Positions 9,601-18,686 of a stretch of DNA of 64,000 bases are shown here, piece by piece. A model generated the notes under the pieces. It was not told the origin of the DNA, did no database searches, and worked only from the letters and a program-made list of their open reading frames with translations. Position numbers and translations under genes: made by a program. Source of the stretch: Nannocystis bainbridge (lineage in GTDB: Bacteria; Myxococcota_A; Polyangia; Nannocystales; Nannocystaceae); assembly GCF_028368995.1 (NCBI RefSeq), contig NZ_JAQNDL010000001.1, forward strand, positions 2,624,001 through 2,688,000. The letters run 5' to 3'. Every line of letters starts with the position of its first letter. Positions within the stretch are counted from its first letter, which is position 1.

Positions 9601-11046
9601 TTACCCGAGCTCGGGTCCGGGGCGTTCGGCGACCTCGCGGGCCAGCTTGCCGAGGGTGCGGACCGCGTGGGCCAGCAGGTCGGACCACGGGTAGCCGCAG
9701 CTCATGCGGATGCAGTTGGCGAACCGCGGCTTGGCCGAGAAGATCGGCCCGGGCGCGACGCTGATGCCGTGGGCCAGGGCGCGCGCGTGCAGCTCGAGCG
9801 CCGGCGTGCCCGGCGGCAGCTCGACCCACAGCACGAAGCCGCCGGCCGGGCGCGACACCCGGGTGCCGGCGGGGAAGTGCTCGGCGATCGCCGCGCTGAC
9901 CTGCTCGACCTGGGCCTGCAGCTTGCGCCGCATCGCCCGCAGGTGGTGCTCGTAGCCGCCGTTCTCGACGAAGTCGGCGATCGCCAGCTGCGGCAGCGTC
10001 GGCGTCGCCACGCTGTTGGCGAACTTGAGCTGCTCGACCTGCTCGCGGAACCGGCCCGGCATCGCGTAGCCGACCCGGTAGCCGGGCGCCAGCGTCTTGG
10101 TGAACGACGAGCACAGCATCACCAGCCCGGCCTCGTCGAACGCCTTGGCCGGGCGCGGCATCGCCTGGCCGAAGTAAAGCTCGCCGTAGATGTCGTCCTC
10201 GATCAGCGGGATGTCGCGGCGCGCCAGCATCTCGACCAGCCGCTGCTTGGCCGCGTCGCGCATCGACGCTCCGAGCGGCTGGCTGACCACCGGCAAGCAC
10301 AGCACCGCCTTGATCTTGTGGGCCGCCAGCGCCTCCTCGAGCGCGTCGAGATCCATCCCGGTGCCCGGCTGGCACGGGATCTCGAGCGCGCGGATCCGCA
10401 GGCCCTCGATCAGCTGCAGCAGGCCGAAGTACAGCGGGCTCTCGATCGCCACCGTGTCGCCCGGCTGGGCCACCACGCGCAGGCACAGGCCCAGCGCCTC
10501 CATCGCGCCGACGGTGGTGACCACGTCGTCGGCCGTGACGGCGCAGCCGCGTTCGACCGCGCGGCGGGCGATCTGTCGCCGCAGCGCCGGGCAGCCGGGC
10601 GGCGGATCGTAGGACACGCCGACAGCCCCCGACGCGCGGGCGATCCGCGCCAGGGTGGCGTTGAGGCGGTCGGTCGGCAGCAGCTCCGGGCTCGGCGTGG
10701 CCGCCCCGAACGGCACGATGTGCGGGTCGCGGGTGGCCCCGTAGACCTTGGCCACCAGGCTCGCCACCGACACCTTCGAGGCCGTCGTCGAGGTCCGCGG
10801 CGCCCGCGGCTCGGGCAGCGTCGCGCAGCGCCGGCGCACGTAGTGGCCCGACTGCGGCCGCGCCTCGATCAGGCCGCTGCCCTCGAGGTGCTGGTAGGCC
10901 TGGATCACCGTCGACACGCTGACGCCCTGCTGCTTGCTCAGGCGCCGCACCGACGGCACGCGGTCGCCCGGGCGCAGCGCCCCGCGCTCGATGAGCCCGG
11001 CCACGTGGGCCGCCACCCGCTCGTAGAGCAACGCCCCCGCGTCCAC
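9601..11046 (-). CDS. MocR/GabR-type GntR regulator with PLP aminotransferase domain
   Basis: N-terminal wHTH (LYERVA..GALRPGDRVPSVRRLS..VSVSTVIQAY..LE..G.IEARPQSG); IEDDIYGEL and SSFTKTLAPGYRVG. Confidence 0.95.
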   Translation of the reverse strand: MDAGALLYERVAAHVAGLIERGALRPGDRVPSVRRLSKQQGVSVSTVIQAYQHLEGSGLIEARPQSGHYVRRRCATLPEPRAPRTSTTASKVSVASLVAKVYGATRDPHIVPFGAATPSPELLPTDRLNATLARIARASGAVGVSYDPPPGCPALRRQIARRAVERGCAVTADDVVTTVGAMEALGLCLRVVAQPGDTVAIESPLYFGLLQLIEGLRIRALEIPCQPGTGMDLDALEEALAAHKIKAVLCLPVVSQPLGASMRDAAKQRLVEMLARRDIPLIEDDIYGELYFGQAMPRPAKAFDEAGLVMLCSSFTKTLAPGYRVGYAMPGRFREQVEQLKFANSVATPTLPQLAIADFVENGGYEHHLRAMRRKLQAQVEQVSAAIAEHFPAGTRVSRPAGGFVLWVELPPGTPALELHARALAHGISVAPGPIFSAKPRFANCIRMSCGYPWSDLLAHAVRTLGKLAREVAERPGPELG

Positions 11047-11079
11047 GACACCAGCCTACCTCGCCGCGGCGGGTGGGAC

Positions 11080-11168
11080 CAGCACAGCCCGGCCGGCGCC
11101 CGGCCGGCACAGTTGCAGCGAACTGCAACTGTACCGGTACCATCTCGGTCCTTCTGCATCTGTTACGG
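11080..11168. promoter_or_regulatory. Probable MocR operator region in the divergent promoter
   Basis: Recurrent CACAG/ACTGT/CTGTACCGGTAC/TCTGT elements, including the inverted repeat ACAGTTGCAG-CGAA-CTGCAACTGT (11109-11132). Confidence 0.5.
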
Positions 11169-11195
11169 TCGGGGTCGCCGGCCCATGCTGTGGCC

Positions 11196-12140
11196 ATGGC
11201 TTCCTCCTCCGGCGTCTGGATCGCCCCGCCCGTGCGGATCGCCTGGGACCGGGCCGCCGCCTCCGCGACCCGCCCGGCGCGCGCGAGGCCGCCGATGATG
11301 ATCGTCGCGGCGATGCTCGCGGTGTATTTCCTGTGGGGCTCGACCTACCTGGCGATCCGCGTCGCGCTCGAGACGATCCCGCCGTTCTCGCTCGGGGCCA
11401 TGCGGTTCCTGATCGCCGGCGGCGGGCTCTACGCGGCGCTGCGCCTGTTCGGCGCGCCCAAGCCGACCGCCGCCGAGTGGCGCACCTCGTTCCTCACCGG
11501 CGCGCTGCTGTTCGTGGCCGGCAACGGCTTCGTGGTGCTCGGCGAGCAGTGGGTCAGCTCCGGCCTGGTCGCGCTGGTGGTCGGGACCATGCCGCTGTGG
11601 GCCGCCCTGTTCGGCCGCGCCGCCGGGCAGCCGCCGACCACCCGCGAGTGGCTGGGCCTCGGCCTCGGCTTCGCCGGCGTCGCCATCCTTCAGCTCGGCG
11701 GCGAGCTCGCGGGCGCCGGCCTCGGCGCGCTGCTGGTCCTGCTCGCCCCGGTCTGCTGGGCCCTCGGCGTGGTCCTCGGCCGCTCTCGCCCGCTGCCGGC
11801 CGGGCCGATGGCCGCCGCCACCCAGATGCTGGCCGGCGGCGTGATGATGGCCGGCATCGCCGCCCTGCTGGGCGAGGCACCGGCTGTCCCTTCGGCCAGG
11901 TCCATGGCGGCCGTGCTCCACCTGGTCGTCAGCGGCTCGCTGATCGGCTTCACCGCCTACGGCTACCTGCTGCGCCGGACCCGGCCCGCCGTCGCCAACA
12001 GCTACGCCTACGTCAACCCGGTGGTCGCCATCGTGCTCGGCGCCGCTCTGGCCAGCGAGCCGGTCGGCCCGCTGACCTGGCTGGCGACCGCGGTGATCCT
12101 GTCCGGCGTGGTCGTCATCGGCCTCGGCGGCAAGCGCTGA
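11196..12140 (+). CDS. yedA: DMT/EamA drug-metabolite exporter, YedA-like
   Basis: VYFLWGSTYLAIR, RFLIAGG, GSLIGFTAYGYLL, SYAYVNPVVA; divergent from the MocR regulator. Confidence 0.88.
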   Translation: MASSSGVWIAPPVRIAWDRAAASATRPARARPPMMIVAAMLAVYFLWGSTYLAIRVALETIPPFSLGAMRFLIAGGGLYAALRLFGAPKPTAAEWRTSFLTGALLFVAGNGFVVLGEQWVSSGLVALVVGTMPLWAALFGRAAGQPPTTREWLGLGLGFAGVAILQLGGELAGAGLGALLVLLAPVCWALGVVLGRSRPLPAGPMAAATQMLAGGVMMAGIAALLGEAPAVPSARSMAAVLHLVVSGSLIGFTAYGYLLRRTRPAVANSYAYVNPVVAIVLGAALASEPVGPLTWLATAVILSGVVVIGLGGKR

Positions 12141-12144
12141 TGCA

Positions 12145-12192
12145 TGTCCTTCAGGGCATGTCCTCGAGGACATGCCACCTCGGGGCCATGTC
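12145..12192. repeat. 14-bp phased array (2-3 units)
   Basis: TGTCCTTCAGGGCA / TGTCCTCGAGGACA / degenerate unit; CATG at 12143, 12157, 12171; convergent gap. Confidence 0.85.
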
Positions 12193-12194
12193 TT

Positions 12195-12602
12195 TCAGCT
12201 CCGCGGCCCGTCGTAAACCTGGACGCTGACGCGGATCTGCCCCGAGTTGTCCTCGTGGTTCGAGTCCCAATAATAAAACAGCAGCGTGCCCTCGGTCAGG
12301 ATCGTCATGCTCAGGTGGGTGCCGACGCCGAAGAACGTGGCGCCGCCGTCGAGGCTGCCGACCAGCGCGCCGTACAAGAACGCCTGGGCGCCGCGGCCGA
12401 ACAGCCCGTAGTCGCCGCCCAGCGGGTTGCCGAGGCCGTTCGCGTTCGAGGTCCGGTCGGCCACGCCGGCGCTCCACGTGTCCTCGGGATCGACGTGGAT
12501 CACCAGCAGCTGCCCCGGCGACAGCGCGATCGCGGTGTCGAGGGCGGCCCCGCCCGAGATGCTGTGCTTCCTCGCGTCCACCACGAATGCGCCCTGCGCC
12601 AT
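12195..12602 (-). CDS. LecA/PA-IL-like beta-sandwich lectin
   Basis: 135 aa; DTxIxL..GQ..W....ANG, YGALVGSL, FxVG, GTLLFYYWDSNHEDNSG. Confidence 0.65.
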   Translation of the reverse strand: MAQGAFVVDARKHSISGGAALDTAIALSPGQLLVIHVDPEDTWSAGVADRTSNANGLGNPLGGDYGLFGRGAQAFLYGALVGSLDGGATFFGVGTHLSMTILTEGTLLFYYWDSNHEDNSGQIRVSVQVYDGPRS

Positions 12603-12776
12603 GAACCCCTCCCGACCCTGCGGTCGTCGCGGTTCGTGGACCGGGACCTCGCGACCGTCAAGCCGGCCTCGCGTCGCGCCCGGCGAACGCCGACCCGGCG
12701 CGCGCGAGCCGTCGCCGCCGCGCGGCTCGGCGGCGTGCGGGGCCGCCGTGACGCGCACGAGCGCGCGCCGACGACA

Positions 12777-12824
12777 TGTCCCGCAGGACATGTGATGCGC
12801 AGTTACGACCTGTCCCGCGGGACA
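12777..12824. repeat. Two perfect TGTCC-N4-GGACA palindromes
   Basis: 12777-12790 and 12811-12824, just downstream of the hydrolase stop. Confidence 0.9.
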
Positions 12825-12837
12825 GGCCGCCGCGGCG

Positions 12838-13665
12838 TCACGCCGCCTCGTCTTCCAGCAGGCGGAAGTTGCGGCGGGCCAGCTCGAGGTTGTCGTTGTC
12901 CCACGGGTGGAAGCTCGGGCGCAGGTACTCGCGCAGCCCGCGGAGGAACACCCGGCGGATGATCGGCTCGCGCTGCTGCGTCGCTCGCAGCTGGCGCAGC
13001 GCCTCGCGCAGGCTCAGGTCCTTCTCCTGGCGCATCAGCATCACCGCGCCCGCCAGCCAGAACGCCCCCAGCAGCGTCGTCGCCAGCGCCATCCCGGCCA
13101 TCCGCAGCGCATAGCTCGGGCGCACCTGCTTCAGCACGTCGAAGGCCACCGCCTTGTGCTCGATCTCCTCGGCCGCGTGCCAGCGGAGCAGCCGCTGCAT
13201 CTTCGGGTGCACCACCGCCAGCGTGCCCTGGTCCGTCAGCGCCCCCTCGGCCATGATCGCCGTGTAGTGCTCGAGCGCCGCCGTCACCGACAGGCGCAGC
13301 GCCGGCGGGCTGATGCGCTCGATGAAGTCGAACGCCACGCGCTTGTACACCCGCAGGAACGTGTCGATGTCGTAGCCCTGGCCGCGCAAGATCTCGAACA
13401 CGCGCTCGTGCTCGTGCGCGTGGCGGCCCTCCTGGCCGAAGAACCCGCGGATCTGCTCGCGCAGCGTCGGGTCGTCGATCGCGCCCATGTAGTGGCGGAC
13501 GGCCCGCACGAAGAAGCGCTCGCCCATCGGGAAGATCAGGTGCAGCGCGTTGCCGATGGCCGTCGACACCGGCAGCCCGGCCATCCAGTGGCGCGGCAGA
13601 TCGTCGAGGTCGAATTCCATCGCTCGCGGCTTGATGGGTCCCAGGTCGGCGGGGGCGTGCTGCAT
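12838..13665 (-). CDS. Predicted metal-dependent hydrolase (COG3687-type)
   Basis: FPMGERFFVRAV, FFGQEGRHAHEH, ALEHYTA, WHAAEEIEHKAVAFDV. Confidence 0.9.
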   Translation of the reverse strand: MQHAPADLGPIKPRAMEFDLDDLPRHWMAGLPVSTAIGNALHLIFPMGERFFVRAVRHYMGAIDDPTLREQIRGFFGQEGRHAHEHERVFEILRGQGYDIDTFLRVYKRVAFDFIERISPPALRLSVTAALEHYTAIMAEGALTDQGTLAVVHPKMQRLLRWHAAEEIEHKAVAFDVLKQVRPSYALRMAGMALATTLLGAFWLAGAVMLMRQEKDLSLREALRQLRATQQREPIIRRVFLRGLREYLRPSFHPWDNDNLELARRNFRLLEDEAA

Positions 13666-13782
13666 CGAGAACCTCCTGTGCGCATCGAGCGTACCGCCTA
13701 TTGAATCAGAGTCAATAGCCGCTCGGAACCCTCTGTGGCGGGTCTCAGCGCCCCCGTCACAGCACAGCGCGCGAAACCGCCC

Positions 13783-15168
13783 TCAGTCGTCGAAGGTCGG
13801 ATGCACGATCCACAGGCTCGGCCAGAGCGACGGTTCGACCCGCGCGAGGTCGACGGACGGATCGATCATCAACTGCGGCCTGCGCCCGTTGAGCGACACC
13901 AGCGCGACCACGCGGACCTCGATCGCCGCGTGCCCGCGCGCCCGCAGGTCGTCGGCGAGGAAGCGGGCGTACTGCAGGATCATCTCTGGCCGGCCGCTCA
14001 TCTCCTGGCGCTGCCAGCCCGGCAGACGTCCGGCCAGGTCGATCTTCCACGACGCGCCGAGCTCGGGATCACTGGCGAAGAAGCGGACGTAGCCGTTCTT
14101 GTCGCGCAGCTTCATGCGCCACGCGAACTTGTGGCCCTCCTCGGTCCACGCCACGTCGCCCGGATAAAGCCAGTGGCGCAGCGGGAACAGCAGCTGCCAG
14201 CCGACATAAAGCCCCAGGGCCACCAGCGTCGCCCGCTGCGCGCGCCCGAGGTGAGCCGGCGGACCGGCGACGATCGGCGCCGGCGACGGCGGCGCGCCGA
14301 CGCGGGCCGCGACGCGGTTCCACAGCCGGCGCGGCCAGTCCGGTTCGAAGAAGATCGTGGTCGCCGCGATCATCACCCACGGGAAGATGCCGATCGAGAA
14401 CACCGCCGCGTTGATCAGGTGGAAGCTCAGCGCCAGCACGTAGGCGAGCGCGCGCGTCGGTCGCCACAGCAGCGCCGGCACCACCAGCAGATCGAACCCG
14501 AGCCCGCCCCAGCTGAAGAAGTACGGCGCCCACCACTCGCGCAGCAGCGGCCCGGCGAGCGGCAGGTCGGCGCTCTCGGCCAGCCACGTGCGCATCGGCT
14601 CGCCGCGCAGCCAGTCGGGGTTCAGCTTGGCCAGCCCGGCGTAGAAGTACGGGATCCCGATCTGCGCCCGCAGCAGCCACAGCGCCCACGCCGGGGCCGT
14701 ATCGGCGCGCAGCCGCGGCCGCAGCCAGGCGTCGACCGACGCGGCCCGGTGCGCCGGCACGAACATCATCAAGAAGCTGACCAGCGCCAGCAGATAGATG
14801 TGATTGAGGTAACAGCTCTGCTCGAGCAGGAACACGTACGAGATGCCGACGAAGAACACCGCCGCGGCCGTGCGGTACCACAGCCCGATCGTCACGCACA
14901 GCGCCGCCAGCCCGAGCACCCCGAACACCACGTGCATGCCGTCGCCGGCGAGCGGCCGCACCCAGTCGAGGGCGAAGAACGTGAAGTGGAACTCCGGCTC
15001 GATGTAGAGCGGGCCGATGTCGGGCAGGTCGCGCCACACCTCGACGAACATCAGGAGGCCGAACAGCACCCGGAAGCACGCCAGCGAGGCGATGTCGACG
15101 GTGGCGAACAGCCGGCGCGAGGCGAGCGGCAACAGCGAGGCGACGGGCCTGGGCATGGCCGGCGGCAT
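13783..15168 (-). CDS. HTTM-domain vitamin K-dependent gamma-carboxylase-like protein
   Basis: DIASLACFRVLFG, YLNHIYL, YFYAGLAKLNPDW, FHLIN..F.IGIFP, WTEEGHKFAWRMKL, P-MILQYA, SLNGR..Q.MIDP.VDL. Confidence 0.9.
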   Translation of the reverse strand: MPPAMPRPVASLLPLASRRLFATVDIASLACFRVLFGLLMFVEVWRDLPDIGPLYIEPEFHFTFFALDWVRPLAGDGMHVVFGVLGLAALCVTIGLWYRTAAAVFFVGISYVFLLEQSCYLNHIYLLALVSFLMMFVPAHRAASVDAWLRPRLRADTAPAWALWLLRAQIGIPYFYAGLAKLNPDWLRGEPMRTWLAESADLPLAGPLLREWWAPYFFSWGGLGFDLLVVPALLWRPTRALAYVLALSFHLINAAVFSIGIFPWVMIAATTIFFEPDWPRRLWNRVAARVGAPPSPAPIVAGPPAHLGRAQRATLVALGLYVGWQLLFPLRHWLYPGDVAWTEEGHKFAWRMKLRDKNGYVRFFASDPELGASWKIDLAGRLPGWQRQEMSGRPEMILQYARFLADDLRARGHAAIEVRVVALVSLNGRRPQLMIDPSVDLARVEPSLWPSLWIVHPTFDD

Positions 15169-15403
15169 AGCGCCGATCGTCGGCGACGCAGCCCGCCCGC
15201 TCCGCGCCCGCCCTCGCGCGCGTACATCCTCGCCTTCGCGCCCGCGCGAGCTGCCCGGCGGGGCCGCCATCCGAGCGAGCGTCCGCCGAATGCTCGCTCG
15301 CCTGGTGCCATGATTCGCGACTGAGCCCGCTTGATGCCGCCCTCGACCCGACGCATAGAAGCTACCGGTCCGCCACTGGCAAATGGGTGGAGGAGGAGTT
15401 GTC

Positions 15404-15772
15404 ATGCGAATGAGAATCAACGAATACACCTGGATTCATACGACGATCTTCGCGCTCGCGGCCGCATTCGCGACGACCGCGTGCGACGAGACTGAGGCGA
15501 TCGACGAGGAGGCGCTGGCCGTCGAGCCGGTCGACGAAGACGAACCCGAGGCGGGTCAGGTCGACGGCCAGACGGTCGACGAGCTGACCGACGACGAGGA
15601 GGAGGTCAGCGCCGACGAGGAGCGCCGCCGCGGGCACGACGACGACGACGGCTGGGGCCGCCGGCGTCACGGCCACGACGACGACGACGGCTGGGGCCGT
15701 CGGCGCCGCCACGACGACGACGGCTGGGGCCGCCGCCGCCACGGCGGTCGCGACGGGTGGGGTCGCCACTAG
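15404..15772 (+). CDS. Acidic lipoprotein/precursor peptide with repeated HDDDDGWG-RRR cores
   Basis: Strong SD AGGAGGAG at 15391-15398; signal peptide with lipobox TTAC; Glu/Asp-rich linker; four GWG-R repeats. Confidence 0.85.
   Translation: MRMRINEYTWIHTTIFALAAAFATTACDETEAIDEEALAVEPVDEDEPEAGQVDGQTVDELTDDEEEVSADEERRRGHDDDDGWGRRRHGHDDDDGWGRRRRHDDDGWGRRRHGGRDGWGRH
15635..15769 (+). repeat. Coding tandem repeat (CAC GAC GAC GAC [GAC] GGC TGG GGC CGx CGx CGx)
   Basis: Three near-perfect units plus one degenerate unit. Confidence 0.9.
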
Positions 15773-15847
15773 ACGAACGCTGCGGCCGACCGCGCCCGCG
15801 ATCTCCATCGCGGGCGCGGCCGGCCGTCGCCTCGTCGGAGACACCGC

Positions 15848-16360
15848 ATGATCCTCCGGACCCGCATCTTGCTGCTCGGCGCCGCCGCCTTCCACCTCGC
15901 GCTCGTCGTGCTCGGCGGGCTCGGCTTCTGCCTGTGGGGCGCCGGCCCGCTCGGGCCGCTCTTGACGTATTACGCCGCGCTGACCGGGGCCGACAGCGGC
16001 TACGGTTTCTACGCGCCCTCGGTCGGCGACCCGCCGACCCTGACGCTGACGATCGTCGACGACGAAGGCCGCGCCCGCCTCGAGAGCCTCGCGCCGCGGA
16101 TCACCCGCGAGGCCGACATCCGCGTCGAGGACCTCATCGAGGTGTTCCACAACCGCCGCATCGACGAGGCCGTGCGCGCCCGCCTGGCCGCCTCGTGGGC
16201 CGCGGAGCTGTTCTCGCGCCACCCGTCGGCGCGCAGCGTCACCGTCGACATGGGCTTTCATCGCGTGCCCTCGCTGGTGGCCGCCAGCCGCGGCGCCCCC
16301 ACCCGCTGGCGCTCGGTCTACCGGGCCCGCGTGGTCCGCCCGGGCGGAGGTGAACCATGA
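15848..16360 (+). CDS. SdpA/DUF5819-like HTTM-partner protein
   Basis: 170 aa with N-terminal hydrophobic anchor and YGFYAP motif (compare W.FFAP); its stop overlaps the next start (ATGA). Confidence 0.6.
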   Translation: MILRTRILLLGAAAFHLALVVLGGLGFCLWGAGPLGPLLTYYAALTGADSGYGFYAPSVGDPPTLTLTIVDDEGRARLESLAPRITREADIRVEDLIEVFHNRRIDEAVRARLAASWAAELFSRHPSARSVTVDMGFHRVPSLVAASRGAPTRWRSVYRARVVRPGGGEP

Positions 16361-17340
16361 AGGCTCGACTTCACGCGCTCGCCCGCGCGGTCGATCGCTT
16401 CTGCTTCGCGCCCGCGCGCCCGGCCCCGCTGGTGGCCCTGCGCATCGGCCTCGCGGCGGTCCTGCTGGCCCAGGCGCTGCAGATCGCGCCGCTCTATCAC
16501 GCGCTCTATCACCACCGCGGCCTGCTGCGCGGCCCGCTCAAGGACAGCTTCGTGTCCGGCCACCTGCCGCGGCTCGGCGAGCTGCTGGCGTCGCCGTTCG
16601 AGTCGCAGGTCCTGGCGGTCCTCGGCGCGCTCTACGTCGCCAGCCTGGTCGGCATGCTGCTCGGCTGGCGCACCCGCGCCAGCACCTGCGCCGCCTGGCT
16701 GCTGCACTTCGTGTTCATGCGCCTGGCCCCGCACACCAACTACGGCGCCGACGACTTCGCCAACATCTTCCTGTTCTATTCGACCGTCGCCCCCGGCGGC
16801 GCCGCGCTGTCGCTCGACCGGCGGGCCGGTCGGGCGCATGACCTCCCGACCGCCGGCACGCGCCTGGCGATCCGCGTGATGCAGCTCCACCTCTGTCTCG
16901 CCTATCTGCTGTCCGGCCTGGAAAAGGCGCTCGGGCAGCAATGGCGTGACGGCGAGGCGATCTGGCGCTCGCTCGTGGCCCAGGGCTACGCGCTGCTGGA
17001 CTTCACCTGGCTGGCCCACGTGCCGTGGCTGGCGACCGTGGCCGGCTGGTCGGTGCTGGTCGTCGAGATCGGCTACGCGGTGTTTGTCTGGCCGGCGGTC
17101 ACGCGCCGCGGGTGGGTGGCCGCGGTCGCGGCGATGCACGCCGGCATCGGGGTCTTCATGGGCCTCCACGTGTTCGCGGGCGTGATGATCGTCCTGACGG
17201 TGTCGATGTTCGGGATCAGCGCAGAGCCCGCTAAATCCGTCGGAGAACTTCGAAATCGGCCGCGCGACTTCTTGCCCGCGCCGGCCGCGTCTTCGGGTAC
17301 CGTGGACCGTGGCCAGGGCGCCCCGCCGCGAACCGGATGA
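16357..17340 (+). CDS. HTTM-domain membrane protein (SdpB-like)
   Basis: LVALRIGL, LLGWRTR, YGADD, ALSLD, MQLHLCLAYLLSGLEK..G..WRDG, EIGY, MHAGIGVFMGL. Confidence 0.85.
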   Translation: MKARLHALARAVDRFCFAPARPAPLVALRIGLAAVLLAQALQIAPLYHALYHHRGLLRGPLKDSFVSGHLPRLGELLASPFESQVLAVLGALYVASLVGMLLGWRTRASTCAAWLLHFVFMRLAPHTNYGADDFANIFLFYSTVAPGGAALSLDRRAGRAHDLPTAGTRLAIRVMQLHLCLAYLLSGLEKALGQQWRDGEAIWRSLVAQGYALLDFTWLAHVPWLATVAGWSVLVVEIGYAVFVWPAVTRRGWVAAVAAMHAGIGVFMGLHVFAGVMIVLTVSMFGISAEPAKSVGELRNRPRDFLPAPAASSGTVDRGQGAPPRTG

Positions 17341-17938
17341 GACCCGCGAACGCGCGCGGCTGCAGGTCGACGAGCGTCGGGCCCAGCTCGTCGCGCTGGG
17401 CCTGCGCCTGTTCAGCGAGCGCAGCTACGACGAGCTGTCGATCGACGACATCGCCAGCGCGGCCGGGATCTCCAAGGGGCTGCTCTATCACTATTTCTCG
17501 AGCAAGCGCGATTTCTACGCCGCGACCGTGCGCAGCGCCGCCGAGTCGCTGCTCGCCCGCACCGACCCGGCCGGGCACGGCCCCGACCCCGAGGCGCTGC
17601 TGGCCGCGCTCGACCAATATCTACAGTTCGCCGAGGAGCACGCCAGCGCCTACGTGGCCCTGATGCGCAGCGGCGTCGGCCACGACGCCGAGGTCGCGGC
17701 GATCGTCGAGGACACGCGCGCCCGCTTCGTCGCCCGCCTGGCCGGCCGCCTCGGCCTGTCCGAGATGCCGCCGCGCGTGCGCCTGGCCCTGCGCGGGTGG
17801 GTCGGCTGCGTCGAGGGCTCGAGCCTCGACTGGCTGGCTCGCCGCGACCTCCCCCGCGAAGATCTGCGCGACCTGCTGGCGCAGCTGCTGCTCGCCACGC
17901 TGATGGCCGTCGAAGCCACCCCGCAAGCGGCCGAGTGA
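17309..17938 (+). CDS. TetR/AcrR family regulator
   Basis: RRAQLVALGLRLFSERSYDELSIDDIASAAGISKGLLYHYFSSK. Confidence 0.93.
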   Translation: MARAPRREPDETRERARLQVDERRAQLVALGLRLFSERSYDELSIDDIASAAGISKGLLYHYFSSKRDFYAATVRSAAESLLARTDPAGHGPDPEALLAALDQYLQFAEEHASAYVALMRSGVGHDAEVAAIVEDTRARFVARLAGRLGLSEMPPRVRLALRGWVGCVEGSSLDWLARRDLPREDLRDLLAQLLLATLMAVEATPQAAE

Positions 17939-18096
17939 CAGTCACCGCGATCGGCGGTCGCGCGATTCGTCGCCGCCGCCGCGCACCCAAGAATAAATGC
18001 AGGCCCGACGAGGGCGAGCCGCAGCTCGCCCCCGCCGGACCTGCCGGGCGAGCGTGACACTGGTCGTCTCGGTCACGCCCGCCGCATCCCTTCACC

Positions 18097-18444
18097 TCAA
18101 TCGCGCTCGCCGAAGCAGCGGTGCTCGACCCCGCCGCGGCCGCGACAGAACTGCTTCGCGCGCCGGACGCAGAGGTCGCGGTTGCCCCGGATACGGACCT
18201 TGTCGGTCACTCGGTGATAGCGATTGCCGCGCTCGCAGCGGGCCAGGCAGTAGCCGCGCACGTGGAAATCGTCGTCGTCGTAACACTCCCACCGCGAGGC
18301 CTCGCTCGGGTCCACCTCGTCGGTGAACTCGTCGATCGAGACGTCGGCCAGGGCGGCCGCCGCCTCTTCGGCCAGCGCCTCGACCGGCTGCTCGGGCGCC
18401 GCAAGAGCGGCCCACGCACTGAACAGTGCATTGAAAATCATCAT
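18097..18444 (-). CDS. Small secreted pre-pro Cys-rich (6 Cys) cationic peptide
   Basis: SD GAGAGGAG; short hydrophobic N-terminus, acidic pro-region, Arg-rich C-terminal domain with six Cys. Confidence 0.75.
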   Translation of the reverse strand: MMIFNALFSAWAALAAPEQPVEALAEEAAAALADVSIDEFTDEVDPSEASRWECYDDDDFHVRGYCLARCERGNRYHRVTDKVRIRGNRDLCVRRAKQFCRGRGGVEHRCFGERD

Positions 18445-18623
18445 GACACCTTCTCCTCTCACGATCGAATGTTCGCATCCACGCGCAACGTGGCACCCGT
18501 CGCGTCCAATGCGACGGGTGCCGGGAACCATGAGCCTGGTCCGCGCCGCCGTCGAGCAGGCTCTGCCGCGAAATTATGCGCCGGGCGGGCCGCCCGCGGC
18601 GGGCGGGCGGCAGTATGTACATA

Positions 18624-18637
18624 TGTCCATCAGGACA
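18624..18637. repeat. Perfect TGTCC-N4-GGACA palindrome (extended ATATGTCC-ATCA-GGACATAT)
   Basis: Seen directly, downstream of the ABC transporter stop. Confidence 0.9.
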
Positions 18638-18686
18638 TATTGATCATATGCGCGGGTCTGCACATTGGCCCGCGCGCGGCCGACCG

